Positions 39,155-49,786 of a stretch of DNA of 55,538 bases are shown here, piece by piece (position 1 is the first letter of the stretch; every line of letters starts with the position of its first letter). A program made the translations under genes and the position numbers. The notes under the pieces were generated by a model. It saw nothing but the letters and a program-made list of their open reading frames with translations, was not told the origin of the DNA and made no database searches. The DNA comes from a virus (lineage: Duplodnaviria > Caudoviricetes). Where the stretch lies: IMG/VR virus record IMGVR_UViG_3300009157_000023, positions 1 to 55,538 of that record. One strand, written 5' to 3'.

Positions 39155-39829
39155 ATGAGAATCGCATGTTTTGTCTTGATTCTTCTGGCTTTCCTCACCT
39201 GCCCGGTTTTCTCTCAGGAGAATTCCGTCCTGGTATATGGCAAGTCAGATATCGGAGTTTTGAAATACTCCAACAGAACCGGAACACCGGTCGATGCTAT
39301 TGCAGTCACCGCGGCACCATCAACGGAAGTGAATTACGAGTTTCTGGTTTCCTCTGTCAGTGGCACCGCTGCAACCGTGCGCGAAACAAACCTGGTTACG
39401 AAAAAACAGCAAACCAAGGTAATGACAACCGGTGCGGCCAATACAGCAGCCGTTTCCGGCTTTACCATTACGCTGAATGACACGGTGACAGCCGGCAATA
39501 TATTCCGCTTTTCCTATTCCTATTTTACGCCGATGAAAACAGATTCCACTGGAAAGGTGGCAACTGCCAAGTGGGAATCAGCGAGGGTCGATTCTATCTC
39601 AGCCCTGACCACTTCCCGGCAATCGATTGTTTTCACCGGTGATTTCGAGGACGGCATAACCGTCCTGGCCGATGTCAATTTGATGTTTCGTACGAACAGA
39701 ATAACCAACTGGATTTCTCTTGCAGCCGGAAACAGCATCTACATACCTATAAGGCATGTGGCCTCAGACACCTTTTATTGCATGGCGCAATCCGCAATCC
39801 CCAATGTGACGGTAATAAGAGGGAATTAA
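39155..39829 (+). CDS. Signal-peptide-bearing beta-rich protein in the head module
   Basis: MRIACFVLILLAFLTCPVFS|Q; Thr/Ala/Ser-rich. Confidence 0.65.
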   Translation: MRIACFVLILLAFLTCPVFSQENSVLVYGKSDIGVLKYSNRTGTPVDAIAVTAAPSTEVNYEFLVSSVSGTAATVRETNLVTKKQQTKVMTTGAANTAAVSGFTITLNDTVTAGNIFRFSYSYFTPMKTDSTGKVATAKWESARVDSISALTTSRQSIVFTGDFEDGITVLADVNLMFRTNRITNWISLAAGNSIYIPIRHVASDTFYCMAQSAIPNVTVIRGN

Positions 39830-39832
39830 AGA

Positions 39833-40117
39833 ATGTCAGAGATCGCCAAGCTTTTGATAGCAGTAGCGATCGGCCTAATTGGTAAGATAATATGGGACTG
39901 GCTGATTAATCTAAAGAACGCGCCGGCTATGAAGATGCACTCGGCGCCGTGTGAATATATCAAAATATTGGAAAAAGAACTGATTCATGTCAGGGAAGAG
40001 TTGGACAATATCAGAATCGAAATGGCCAGGCAACACGACGAAGCTATGAAGAGAATGGAAAGAATAGAAAACTTCATAATGAATGGTAAGCTAGACTGGA
40101 AGCTTAAAAACAATTAG
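39833..40117 (+). CDS. Single-TM coiled-coil protein
   Basis: N-terminal TM followed by a heptad region. Confidence 0.5.
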   Translation: MSEIAKLLIAVAIGLIGKIIWDWLINLKNAPAMKMHSAPCEYIKILEKELIHVREELDNIRIEMARQHDEAMKRMERIENFIMNGKLDWKLKNN

Positions 40118-40125
40118 GGTGAGGC

Positions 40126-41055
40126 TTGACAAAAACCAGGGCACAATTACGGGCACTCTTGCGGCAACAGGTCGGCGATGAGGTGAGAATCGACGGCACA
40201 GTCGGAGAGGTAACGAACCTGATTATAATAGAGGATGCGTCCGCTCTTGTTTTGGTGCAGGCCGATGATTACTGGAACGGCTGCAAGCTGCATATCTACC
40301 AGACAACGGACGGACTGGCACCGGTCAACGAAAGCCGCAAGATTGAGCAGTATACCAATTCAAGTTTCTATATCGAAATGGCGTTTTCTGTGGCCCCGGG
40401 CGCAGGCGATAAATACCAGATTTGCGTCTGGCCTGATTTTGTCTTTAATGAAATAATAACAGCGGCGATTGCCGAATACAGTAAGGCAAGGCCATATAAA
40501 ACGACCGGAACCTTCAGCACCTCTGTAAACGTGCGCTATTTCTCCCCGCCTTCCGGCGTGGATTTAAGAAACGGTGACCGGATTGAGCAGATCCGCTATA
40601 TCAATGCATCCACGAATGAGGATTGGGAACTGACTGGCTGGATTATCGACCCATATCAGAACAAAATCGATATCGGATATTTTGCCAGCGAGGCGAAAAC
40701 ATATACCTGTTTTTACGGCAAACCGCATGCGGATTTCGCAAGCGATTCCGGAACTATAACCATTCCGGACCGCGACGAAGAATTGATTATGCAGTTTTGC
40801 AGGGCCCAGTTCTTTCTTTTGATGGCCAGAGAAACATTTGATGATTTCGGCAATTTGAAGCCGTCCAAGTGGACGCGCGGCAATGTTAGCGAGGATTATG
40901 GATCGAGCAGAAAAGGTATGCTGGATCTGCACAAATCAGAGATGGAAGCTTTTTACAGGTCCTTGCGCGGCATAGGCGGTTCGGTATTCACCAATCCTGA
41001 GAACTCGAACCAAACCTGGCAACCACCGGCTGATTATATGTGGAGGTCGTTTTGA
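40126..41055 (+). CDS. Head-tail adaptor
   Basis: TRAQLRALLRQQVGD, DDYWNG, APGAGDKY; gene position. Confidence 0.6.
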   Translation: MTKTRAQLRALLRQQVGDEVRIDGTVGEVTNLIIIEDASALVLVQADDYWNGCKLHIYQTTDGLAPVNESRKIEQYTNSSFYIEMAFSVAPGAGDKYQICVWPDFVFNEIITAAIAEYSKARPYKTTGTFSTSVNVRYFSPPSGVDLRNGDRIEQIRYINASTNEDWELTGWIIDPYQNKIDIGYFASEAKTYTCFYGKPHADFASDSGTITIPDRDEELIMQFCRAQFFLLMARETFDDFGNLKPSKWTRGNVSEDYGSSRKGMLDLHKSEMEAFYRSLRGIGGSVFTNPENSNQTWQPPADYMWRSF

Positions 41056-41369
41056 TTCTTGATCGAACATCAAGAATATTCATTTCCGTCATAAGGCCGA
41101 CGGCGAACCAGGACGGCAACGGTGATTATGGCACGTTCACCGAAACTTATATCCACATGAATATCCCGGGTGATATCCAGGCCAATAGCGGCAAAATGGC
41201 CCAGGGCGAATCAGGGAAAGAGCCTTACGGAACGCACACGCTTTTCACAGAACAGTATTTCACAGACATTCTGGTGGGCGATATAGTACGGTATGGCTCA
41301 AAAGATTATGAAATTACTTTCATAGCAGATTACAGGGAGCACGCGGAATATAGTTTGAAGGAGAGATAG
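41040..41369 (+). CDS. Head closure (stopper) protein
   Basis: DILVGDIVRYGSKDYEI; size and position. Confidence 0.7.
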   Translation: MEVVLILDRTSRIFISVIRPTANQDGNGDYGTFTETYIHMNIPGDIQANSGKMAQGESGKEPYGTHTLFTEQYFTDILVGDIVRYGSKDYEITFIADYREHAEYSLKER

Positions 41370-41812
41370 TGGTAACGGGAGATCAAATCCTTGTCGCGGT
41401 CTATAAAAAATTGCAGGCGGATACAACCCTGCAGGGCGCGACCTACCTCAACGGCACTACGAAGATCGAAAAGGGCACGTCGCGAAAGAAAGGATTTGCC
41501 AACCCGACCATAACGATGAAAATCGGCGGGAGTAGCAACGATATAGTTAGCAAGCTGCAGGATTGTACGGTTTATGTCAATGTTTTTGTGGATGATAAAA
41601 CAAATAACACGCCTAATGTCAAAACCCTGTCCCTTATTGCCGGGCGCGTGGAAAGTACGCTGGATGATGCCAGCCTGACAAACCCGACGGGCGCGAGGAT
41701 AATAAATTGTTACCTGACCAGCCCGCACGGCACAATCGGCTGGGACAGGGAGCACCCTGAAGAGCATTTCGTAACATCGGTATTCAGAATTCAAGCCATA
41801 GCTACATCATGA
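41369..41812 (+). CDS. Tail terminator
   Basis: AVYKKLQADTTL..PTITM; precedes the tail tube. Confidence 0.65.
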   Translation: MVTGDQILVAVYKKLQADTTLQGATYLNGTTKIEKGTSRKKGFANPTITMKIGGSSNDIVSKLQDCTVYVNVFVDDKTNNTPNVKTLSLIAGRVESTLDDASLTNPTGARIINCYLTSPHGTIGWDREHPEEHFVTSVFRIQAIATS

Positions 41813-41832
41813 AGATGAAAGGATTTTAAAAA

Positions 41833-42315
41833 ATGGCTACAAATAAAAACAATGTTTGTATCTCCGGAACCGCAATGACTATCTCGGTCGCTGGCACCGA
41901 TTTAGGCTTCACCAAGGGCGGCGTAAGCATGGAAGTGACTGAAGAGACCTATAAAGTCATAATGGATCAGTCGCTTACGGCTATCCTGGAGAGTATGACG
42001 TCAAGGGAGTGCGTTGTAAGAACCGTTTTAGGCGAATCGACGCTTGCCAATCTGAAAACAGCCTGGAACCTGGCCGATTCTGCTCTTGTCAGCAGCTCTC
42101 TTTCGCTGGACACATCGACAAAAGGTGAGGTTGTGCTGGTGTTCACCGGCAAAGGTCCGAATGCCACTACCCGTACGGCAACATTTTTCTCGGCTGTAGC
42201 AGTTTCCGCCGGCGAAAATACTTATGCCAAAGATCAAGAAACATTGATCCCGGTCGAATTCCGTTGTTTGTGGAATTCCACTCAGAGCAAATTCGGCACC
42301 ATCGTAGACGCTTAA
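41833..42315 (+). CDS. Major tail tube protein
   Basis: DLGFTKGGV..LGESTLANL..IPVEF. Confidence 0.8.
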   Translation: MATNKNNVCISGTAMTISVAGTDLGFTKGGVSMEVTEETYKVIMDQSLTAILESMTSRECVVRTVLGESTLANLKTAWNLADSALVSSSLSLDTSTKGEVVLVFTGKGPNATTRTATFFSAVAVSAGENTYAKDQETLIPVEFRCLWNSTQSKFGTIVDA

Positions 42316-42322
42316 TAAGTCT

Positions 42323-43312
42323 ATGGCTTTATACTTCCGGTCCCCGGCCAATAGCCCTGTTTGCGGGTACGGCCGGGTGGCTACAAAACTCATCGACGCA
42401 CTGAAAAAATCTGATATCCCGCTCACGGATCACCCAAAGCGGAATGATATACAGATATGGTATGGACAGCCTTATAGAGTCCCGGAAGTAGCAAAATTAT
42501 ATAGGCGCAGGTGCGATATAAGCTTGATATACACGATGTTTGAAAGCACCTCTATTCCGGACGGCTGGATCGATCTGATTAATAAAAGAGAGGGTCTTTT
42601 AACTCCGTCAAAATGGTGTGCTGATTGGTTTAAGGCGTGCGGCGTCAAGGTCCCTGTTTACATCCTGCATCACGGAATCGATCCATTGGAATTTCCTTTT
42701 ATCGACCGAATGAAAAGAGATAGGGAGTATTTGACATTTTGCTGGCAAGGGGTCAATCCCAGAGACCGCAAAGGCTATAGCTTAGTAGATGAGGCGTTCA
42801 AAAAACTTCGACTCCCGAAAACGCGGCTGATATTAAAGGCGGTGCCTGTTAAATCGCCGCGTTTATATTTTCAGCTTAACGGCATAAAAGAGATTTGGGA
42901 TTGGTACACACAATCGCAAATGATACAGCTTTTTGGGGAAGCGGACGTAAGTTTGAATCCGACGTCCGGCGAAGGATTCGGGTTGATTCCGCTGGAACAC
43001 GCAGCAACCGGACTCTATACCATGGCAACGGCTTTCTCGGGTTGCCTTGAATATCTTGATGATTTAAAGCCGAATATGGCCGGCTTGAAGTGGAAACCAA
43101 AACCATCTTATTTCAACTCGCTCGGCGGGGATTATGGTTATGATGCGGCGCCGGATTTCAACCATCTTTGTGATTTCATGAGATGGTGCTCGGATAACCG
43201 GGATAAGGTGTATGAGAACGGGAAAAAGGCCAGTTCCGCTATTCACAAAAGATGGACCTGGCAAAGACCAATTGAGCAACTGAAAGAGATTTTAAAAAGC
43301 TATGCGTCCTGA
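42323..43312 (+). CDS. GT4-like (GT-B) glycosyltransferase
   Basis: GYG, YTMFES, TPSKW, HGID, RKG, GEGFGLIPLEHAATG. Confidence 0.9.
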   Translation: MALYFRSPANSPVCGYGRVATKLIDALKKSDIPLTDHPKRNDIQIWYGQPYRVPEVAKLYRRRCDISLIYTMFESTSIPDGWIDLINKREGLLTPSKWCADWFKACGVKVPVYILHHGIDPLEFPFIDRMKRDREYLTFCWQGVNPRDRKGYSLVDEAFKKLRLPKTRLILKAVPVKSPRLYFQLNGIKEIWDWYTQSQMIQLFGEADVSLNPTSGEGFGLIPLEHAATGLYTMATAFSGCLEYLDDLKPNMAGLKWKPKPSYFNSLGGDYGYDAAPDFNHLCDFMRWCSDNRDKVYENGKKASSAIHKRWTWQRPIEQLKEILKSYAS

Positions 43313-43643
43313 ATACCTGATATTAATTGCCATTTTCTTTGATGCTGCAGTAAACGGCGTGCAGGATAATATTAATTTCCACAAAAACGGTTTGCCGCTC
43401 AAAGATCTATGGCATATCCTGAAACAGATTGACCGCGTGCTATTGATTGCCATTGGCTTTATTGCCGCAAAAATCGAATGGAACTGGCTCAATATTATCG
43501 CCCTGCTGTTTTCCCTTGTTTTTGCAAAGCAGGTCTGGAGCTGGTTTTATAGAAACCATGTCGGGTTTTGGTACTGGTACGATGAACGCTTTAAAATAAA
43601 AACGTTCGAGTGGCTCGATAGGCTGACAGGATTAGATAAATAA
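43302..43643 (+). CDS. Membrane protein
   Basis: Multiple hydrophobic segments, DLWHILK. Confidence 0.55.
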   Translation: MRPEYLILIAIFFDAAVNGVQDNINFHKNGLPLKDLWHILKQIDRVLLIAIGFIAAKIEWNWLNIIALLFSLVFAKQVWSWFYRNHVGFWYWYDERFKIKTFEWLDRLTGLDK

Positions 43644-43654
43644 GGACCAATGCA

Positions 43655-43927
43655 ATGCAAAAAGTGTCAACTGAACAATATGTTACCGATAAAACATGGG
43701 AAGAATTTAGAAGTACTGGTTTGCTCCTTTTTATCAACCAGATTTTGCACGTTTTTGGCTGGGCTATTGTCATGCAAATAAACGGGAAAAATGAAATAAC
43801 AAAATGCTATCCTGCGCGGGTGAAGTTTAGAGGATTCGGCAATGATTCGGTGCAAAGAGAATACATGAAAATAACGCAATACCTCAAAGAAAATGCCGAT
43901 CAACTATTAAAAGAAGCTCAAGAATAA
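43655..43927 (+). CDS. Hypothetical phage protein
   Basis: WEEFRSTGLLLFINQILHVFGWAI..YPARVKFRGF. Confidence 0.6.
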   Translation: MQKVSTEQYVTDKTWEEFRSTGLLLFINQILHVFGWAIVMQINGKNEITKCYPARVKFRGFGNDSVQREYMKITQYLKENADQLLKEAQE

Positions 43928-44463
43928 TGCCATCCTCACAAATCGAAAATATATCCACTATCACGCAGTGGATCGCCGGACTCAATCCCCGCTCGATTTT
44001 AGATGTCGGGGTAGGTTTCGGCAAATACGGCGTGCTGGCCCGCGAATATACCGATATCCGCAACGGGCGGTATTGGCGCAAAGACTGGAAAACCATCATC
44101 GATGGTATTGAAATATTCACCAAATACAAAAATCCCTGCTGGGATATCTACAATAGTATCTTCGAAGCCGATGCGCGCGAGATGGTTCAAAGCCTGCGCA
44201 ATTATGAAGTTATATTGCTTTGCGATATCCTGGAACACTTTGAAAAAGGAGAGGCACTGGCTCTTTTGCATAGGTGCCGCACTATAGCCACAAAAGCCGT
44301 TATCGTTTCTACTCCGCACGGCAAATACGAACAGGGCGCGGCATTCGGCAATGAACACGAAAGGCATTTGTCAGAATGGTTCGTGTGTGATTTCGATCAA
44401 GCAGATAGTTTTGAATCCAGCGAAGATTGTTTATCGGCGATTTATTTGAAGGAGCAAAAATAA
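43927..44463 (+). CDS. Class I SAM-dependent methyltransferase (glycan-type)
   Basis: SILDVGVGFGKYG, DGIE, DILEH, STP, HLSEW. Confidence 0.88.
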   Translation: MPSSQIENISTITQWIAGLNPRSILDVGVGFGKYGVLAREYTDIRNGRYWRKDWKTIIDGIEIFTKYKNPCWDIYNSIFEADAREMVQSLRNYEVILLCDILEHFEKGEALALLHRCRTIATKAVIVSTPHGKYEQGAAFGNEHERHLSEWFVCDFDQADSFESSEDCLSAIYLKEQK

Positions 44464-45056
44464 TGTACACCGCAAAGCAGGTAAGCGTTTGTGTTCCCCT
44501 GGGAGAAAACCGGGATGCCGAAATTAAGCGCCTAATGGATGCTATCCTTGCCCAAACAGTTCAACCGCTTGAGACCATTGTCGAAAAGGGATCATCCACC
44601 TATGGCAACCGAAACAAGGCCTGGAAAAAGGCCAAGGGAAAAGTTATCTGGTTCCTGGACTCTGATATTATCCCACAGCCGGACGCACTGGAACGGGCGC
44701 TTGAGCTTTTTACCGATGACATTGCCGGGGTTGAGTGCAATATCATTGGTACTATTACCCGCGTTTATGAATGGGGTTTCATGTCCGGGCATATCCTGTA
44801 TACGAAGGCAGCGGTGAAAAAGGTCGGCGGGTTTGATGAGAATTTCAAAGACTGGCGAGGGGACACTGATTTAGCCTGGTCGATTCTGGACGCCGGCGGG
44901 AAAATTGTTTATCAGCCGTTGTCGATCGCTTTCCACCCGGGCGGGTCGAATACCAAGGTAGACATGGAAAAAGAAAAACTGCTGTACGATAAACATCCCG
45001 AGCGCTATAGACAAGCGCGCGCGGGTAATAAACTTCATTGCTTTATAAAGGACTAG
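44463..45056 (+). CDS. GT2-family glycosyltransferase
   Basis: VSVCVP, RNKAW, FLDSD, VGGFDENF, DTDL. Confidence 0.88.
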   Translation: MYTAKQVSVCVPLGENRDAEIKRLMDAILAQTVQPLETIVEKGSSTYGNRNKAWKKAKGKVIWFLDSDIIPQPDALERALELFTDDIAGVECNIIGTITRVYEWGFMSGHILYTKAAVKKVGGFDENFKDWRGDTDLAWSILDAGGKIVYQPLSIAFHPGGSNTKVDMEKEKLLYDKHPERYRQARAGNKLHCFIKD

Positions 45057-45059
45057 ACC

Positions 45060-45724
45060 ATGGGAGAGCCCACCACAGAGCAGTTGATCAACCAACCGGC
45101 GGAATTCAAGATCGGTGAGAAAACCGTATTTGTCGAAGCATTGCCGGCGGGCGCGGTAACGATCATCATAAAGAAGATGATTGCCAAGACAGAAACCGTT
45201 GACCTGGATATGCTGCAGCAGATATCGAAAGAAAAAAAGGACAAAAGTATCTATGACCTTTTTAAAGAACGGATTGATAAATCGATAAAGCAGAATCTCA
45301 ATATTTTCCAGATGATCCTCACCCCGGCCGCAAAGTGGAAAGAGAAACGCGGCAACTTGAAAGAAGCTGATTATCCGGTGACTAACGAAGATCTGGAATG
45401 GAATACCACCGATCAGTTGCTTTTGAAGATTTTCGAGGAATGGCTTGCCCGTAATCCCCGTTTCGCGCTGGAAAAAAAAATGACGGGAGCGATGGCGGGG
45501 CAGCAGACGTAGAAGATTCTTTCCTTGTGCGGATCGCTAAAGGCATGGCTGCGCTGGTAAAGGAAACGCACTGGAAGCCGGAATACATTGTATGGGAACT
45601 GCCCTGTGCTTATCTATTTTTATTGCTGGATTTCTGGCCAAAGATCGAAACCAAAGATGGCCAGGAAAAGGATGTTTCCGAATTTTCAAACCTAAAGGAT
45701 TTAGGTATAGACTATGCCGGGTAA
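45060..45724 (+). CDS. Tail assembly chaperone with programmed -1 frameshift (G: 45060-45512; GT: to 45724)
   Basis: G-A9 slippery run at 45471-45480; the -1 frame is open from there into ORF 45527..45724 (THWKPEYIVWELP). Confidence 0.8.
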
Positions 45725-46205
45725 GGTTCATGCAAAATACGGAAAGTTAACCGCTAAAAGGATGGCCAATGCCAGTAATCAGGCGGAACAGGCGCTGGCC
45801 AGCTTAGGTGCCATCCTCGAATCAGTGGAAAACGAACTCGGTCCGGAAGCCATTGAAGCCATTTTGACGGAAATGCAAAATCTGGCTAAAAACCCTGCAA
45901 GGCCTGGGGCATGGCAAGACCGAACCGGCAACTTGCGCGATTCGATCATGATCGAGGTGCTTGCGCCGGGAGAATCCAGGGTAGTCAATTACGGGCATGG
46001 TTCTGCCAGCGCAACCAATGACAGCAGCGAGATGATGGTCGGGATTCTGTACGCAGGCATGGAATACGCCGTGCCGCTTGAAGCGCTTTCCAACTATTCC
46101 GTTTTAGGTTTTGCCGTTGAACAGCTAAAAAAGCGCTTAACTCCGAAACTGGCAGAGATGCTACAGTTTCAGAAAATCACCGGCTCACAACAATTCGAGA
46201 TGTAA
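45714..46205 (+). CDS. HK97 gp10-like tail completion protein
   Basis: WQDRTGNLRDSI, GMEYAVPLE. Confidence 0.7.
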   Translation: MPGKVHAKYGKLTAKRMANASNQAEQALASLGAILESVENELGPEAIEAILTEMQNLAKNPARPGAWQDRTGNLRDSIMIEVLAPGESRVVNYGHGSASATNDSSEMMVGILYAGMEYAVPLEALSNYSVLGFAVEQLKKRLTPKLAEMLQFQKITGSQQFEM

Positions 46206-46209
46206 GTAA

Positions 46210-49200
46210 ATGCTGATAGATCGTTTGCATTATGCGCTTGGACTTGACACTTCCGGATTAAGATCTGGATTTGGTGAAGCCGGTGCGCTTATGTCGAAAT
46301 TCGACATGGACATGAAGAGCCTAGCCATCGGCGGTGGTATTGCCACCGTGACCGCATTTCTCGGGGCCGTCGGCCTGAAAGCCGTCGGTATGGCCAAAGA
46401 GTACGGCTCTGCCATGCGCGAGATTTGGTCTATCACGGATAAAACCAGCAAAGAAATCAAGGGCATCGGCAACGAAATACTGGATATCTCAAAACGCATT
46501 CCGCAAACAGCGCAGCAGCTTGCCAAGGGCTATTACCAGGTACTTTCAGCAGGTATAACCGATTCGGCTAAAGCCATGGATGTACTCGAAGTATCAGCCA
46601 AGGGCGCGATTGCCGGCATGTCAGATACCTTTACCACCGTGGACGCTATCACAAATGTTTTGAATGCCTATCAGCTAGAGGCCTCCAAAGCTACTGAGAT
46701 TTCCGATGATATGTTCGTTGCGATTAAAGACGGCAAGCTCACCATGGAGCAGCTCGCGCCAACCATCGGCACGGTCGTTTCTACAGCGGCCCTCGCGGGC
46801 GTGGCTTTTAAAGAAGTAGCGGCCGGTATGGTTGCCATGACACTGGCCGGTTATTCACCCGATGAATCTGCTACATCCATGAACCGGTTGTTTACCTCTA
46901 TTATCAATCCCACAAAGGAAGCCAGGGCAGCGGCCGAATCGGTCGGCATTGAATGGTCTATTGCAGGCATGAAAGCAAAAGGCTTCCAGGGCTTTATCGC
47001 CGATCTAAACAAAAAAGCCGGGGATAACGTCGAGGTACTACAGGCGATTGTTCCAGAAATCCGTGCTTTCCGAGCCGCTTCCGCTATTGCGGGGACCCAG
47101 GCGGATGCTTACACCCGAAGCTTGGATAATCTCAGAAATTCAGCAGGCGCAGCGCAGCAGGCTTTCAATAAAATCATGGATAGCCCGTTCCAGCAATGGG
47201 AGCTGCAAAAGAATGCCTTTGCCGCTGAGATGATAAAACTAGGCAACGAAATTATGCCGGCTGTGGCTGGATCGGTAAAAATATTGATCGACCTTTTCGG
47301 CGCACTTGGTTTGGAAGGAGAAACAGAGGCAAAAAGACTGCAAAGAGAATGGCAGTTTGTAGGAAAAACCCTGGCCAGTGTGGCAGATACCAAGAGCAGA
47401 CTGGAAGCTCTGAACAAGGTTATGACGCTGCTCATGGACCCGAATACCGCAAACCTGCAAAAGACATTCGAAGAGGTGCGGGATTTCTTTATCTCTTTCC
47501 CGGCGCAGAGCGAGACAGCAAAGAAGATGCAGGGCTTTTTAGATGAACTCACTCCCGGTGAGCTGGTAAAGGGCCTGCAGGCGGAAATAGAATATCTAAA
47601 GGATATCAGCAATTGGGCAGAAACAGCCGGGTTAAACCTGAAAAAGATTTCCGTTAGCTCGGACGAAGTTGAAGCAAAGTTAAAACAAATCAAAGAACTG
47701 CAGGACCAGGCGCGCTCGCTCGGGATGGTTGCTACATACGAGCAGCTGGGTAAACTCGCTGAGAATATCCGCAAAGAACAGGCTCAAGCCTTCGATCTTT
47801 CAAAGTCAATGATGCTGTTGGATAACGACCGCAACAAAGCGGCTATAGCCATAGCAGAAGCGAAAAAGGCGGAAACGGGAGAGTTGAAAGACGGCGAGAC
47901 AATAAACCTCAGAACGGGCGAGATAAAAAACGACGAATTAAAAATCGTTACCAGGATTTTGCTTTCCGAGCAAATTCTTCTTGATCTGGAAAAAGCTAGA
48001 AAAGATCTAGCAGAAGGATCTGCGAAGGAGCGGGAAAAAGAGTTGAAGTCCATGGAGAAAATGGAAAAACATCAGACCAAGCTCCCGCGTAGTGGCGGAA
48101 AGTGGATGGGAGAAGAAACCGGCCTTACGCTTATACCAGAACAGCCACTTCCAAAAGATATGAATCCTCCCATTGGGGTGAATTACCTAGATGCTTTGTG
48201 GGCCAATCTGCAGGATGGCGCAAAAGATGTAAGGCAATTAGAGAGATCTGCAAGTGATTTATTTTATGTTTTAAGCGGCGGTGACCGTGTATTCCAAATG
48301 TTTAGCGATTCAGCATTACAGATGATTTCTGGTCTCATTACTAAAAATCCATTTGATATTCTTAGTGGGGCATTTGGCTTGATTACGTCTTTTCTTACTG
48401 ATACAGATGAAAATATGCACAAAGCCGCTATGTCTACCAAGGAGTTTCAGGAAGCAATATCAGATTATGTTGACTCTATCAGGGATGCCACCCTGGCAAA
48501 GTTGGCAGAGGAAAGGGCCGATATCTGGTGGCAATTAAATCTACCATTCGGGCCAGTAGGTGAACAAAGAGAACTGCTTGAGGCCAAGCTCGCTGAGATC
48601 GATAAACTGATTGCCAATTTCGGACAGTTCTCAGATGATTTCGCCGGGGTAGTAGACCAGTGGAATTTCACTGTTTCAACTCTCAATATCGAAGACCCAG
48701 CGCAAAAGCTTTCCATATTTGTCGATATGTTCAAAAAGAAATTCGGCGTTGAATTGCCACGAGCTACTGAAGATGCATTGGCAAAGATAAAACTATTTAC
48801 CGGCTATCTCGACCAAATAAACCCGGCAACCGGACAGGCCTATAATATCCTTGATGCTTTTAAATCTGCTTTCGGTATGGATTTGCCGGCCGCATTGACC
48901 GGCCAGGATGCCCGTGATTTGGTGGAACAGCTGAATAATCTTATCAGGGGCACAATAGTAGATTCCGGCACAAAAAGCACCAAAGGCGAAGAGATGATTG
49001 CTTTCACAAAAACCAAGCAAATCACCTTTCGTCAGGCTGATGAAATGGTTTTGGCGCTGTGGTCTTTAGATCAATATGTTAGATCGATTTATGGCTTGCT
49101 GAATGAATATGTCGCACAAGGAAAGTTTACTGAAGCGCCATACCGCGGCGGGAATAGCTACGAGAAAGAGATCAACAATATGGTTGCCAGCCTGAATGTT

Positions 49201-49362
49201 TTCGCCACCAATGTCACCGTGCAAGCGACTTCCGCACAGGTCAATATCCAAACCGGCTGGGTCAAGATCGGGGGGAGTAGTGCAGCGGGTCCGGAACTGG
49301 CCTCTGCCATGGTTGGCGAGTCATATAACAAGAAATTAAGATCATCGGGATTGGTGGAATAA
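46210..49362 (+). CDS. Tape measure protein (TP901-like core)
   Basis: 1050 aa helical; LAKGYYQVLSAG, GKLTMEQLA; follows the chaperones. Confidence 0.93.
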   Translation: MLIDRLHYALGLDTSGLRSGFGEAGALMSKFDMDMKSLAIGGGIATVTAFLGAVGLKAVGMAKEYGSAMREIWSITDKTSKEIKGIGNEILDISKRIPQTAQQLAKGYYQVLSAGITDSAKAMDVLEVSAKGAIAGMSDTFTTVDAITNVLNAYQLEASKATEISDDMFVAIKDGKLTMEQLAPTIGTVVSTAALAGVAFKEVAAGMVAMTLAGYSPDESATSMNRLFTSIINPTKEARAAAESVGIEWSIAGMKAKGFQGFIADLNKKAGDNVEVLQAIVPEIRAFRAASAIAGTQADAYTRSLDNLRNSAGAAQQAFNKIMDSPFQQWELQKNAFAAEMIKLGNEIMPAVAGSVKILIDLFGALGLEGETEAKRLQREWQFVGKTLASVADTKSRLEALNKVMTLLMDPNTANLQKTFEEVRDFFISFPAQSETAKKMQGFLDELTPGELVKGLQAEIEYLKDISNWAETAGLNLKKISVSSDEVEAKLKQIKELQDQARSLGMVATYEQLGKLAENIRKEQAQAFDLSKSMMLLDNDRNKAAIAIAEAKKAETGELKDGETINLRTGEIKNDELKIVTRILLSEQILLDLEKARKDLAEGSAKEREKELKSMEKMEKHQTKLPRSGGKWMGEETGLTLIPEQPLPKDMNPPIGVNYLDALWANLQDGAKDVRQLERSASDLFYVLSGGDRVFQMFSDSALQMISGLITKNPFDILSGAFGLITSFLTDTDENMHKAAMSTKEFQEAISDYVDSIRDATLAKLAEERADIWWQLNLPFGPVGEQRELLEAKLAEIDKLIANFGQFSDDFAGVVDQWNFTVSTLNIEDPAQKLSIFVDMFKKKFGVELPRATEDALAKIKLFTGYLDQINPATGQAYNILDAFKSAFGMDLPAALTGQDARDLVEQLNNLIRGTIVDSGTKSTKGEEMIAFTKTKQITFRQADEMVLALWSLDQYVRSIYGLLNEYVAQGKFTEAPYRGGNSYEKEINNMVASLNVFATNVTVQATSAQVNIQTGWVKIGGSSAAGPELASAMVGESYNKKLRSSGLVE

Positions 49363-49363
49363 C

Positions 49364-49786
49364 ATGCCTCTGGCCTATGAAATACAGATCGAGGGAACAA
49401 ATCTTTATACCTCTGATTATGGCTATTTTACTATTGTGAAAAATGGCATAGTAGGACTAGCAGACTCGCCGCCTCTCAGGCAGGAATTGATTTTCGTTCC
49501 GGGCAAAGATTATCCCTATGTTTTCGGAGGGGATTATGGGGAAAAGCATATTATCGTTACCGGCCTGATGGTTGGAACGACCAGGGCTCTTTTAGACGGA
49601 TATATCTCAAGTCTAAAAGGATTATTGTCTACTTATATCGATATCGACGCCACGCTGATATTCGGCGGAAATACAGAAATCACTTACGAGGTGAGGTGGG
49701 ATGGAACCTGTAAGGTTGCCTATATAGGATCTACCCTCATAAGCACCAAAGCGCTTGTCACTATCGGCTTGCTCCAGGTGGGCTAA
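49364..49786 (+). CDS. Distal tail protein (Dit)
   Basis: Follows the TMP; VPGKD..YGEKHI motif. Confidence 0.7.
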   Translation: MPLAYEIQIEGTNLYTSDYGYFTIVKNGIVGLADSPPLRQELIFVPGKDYPYVFGGDYGEKHIIVTGLMVGTTRALLDGYISSLKGLLSTYIDIDATLIFGGNTEITYEVRWDGTCKVAYIGSTLISTKALVTIGLLQVG

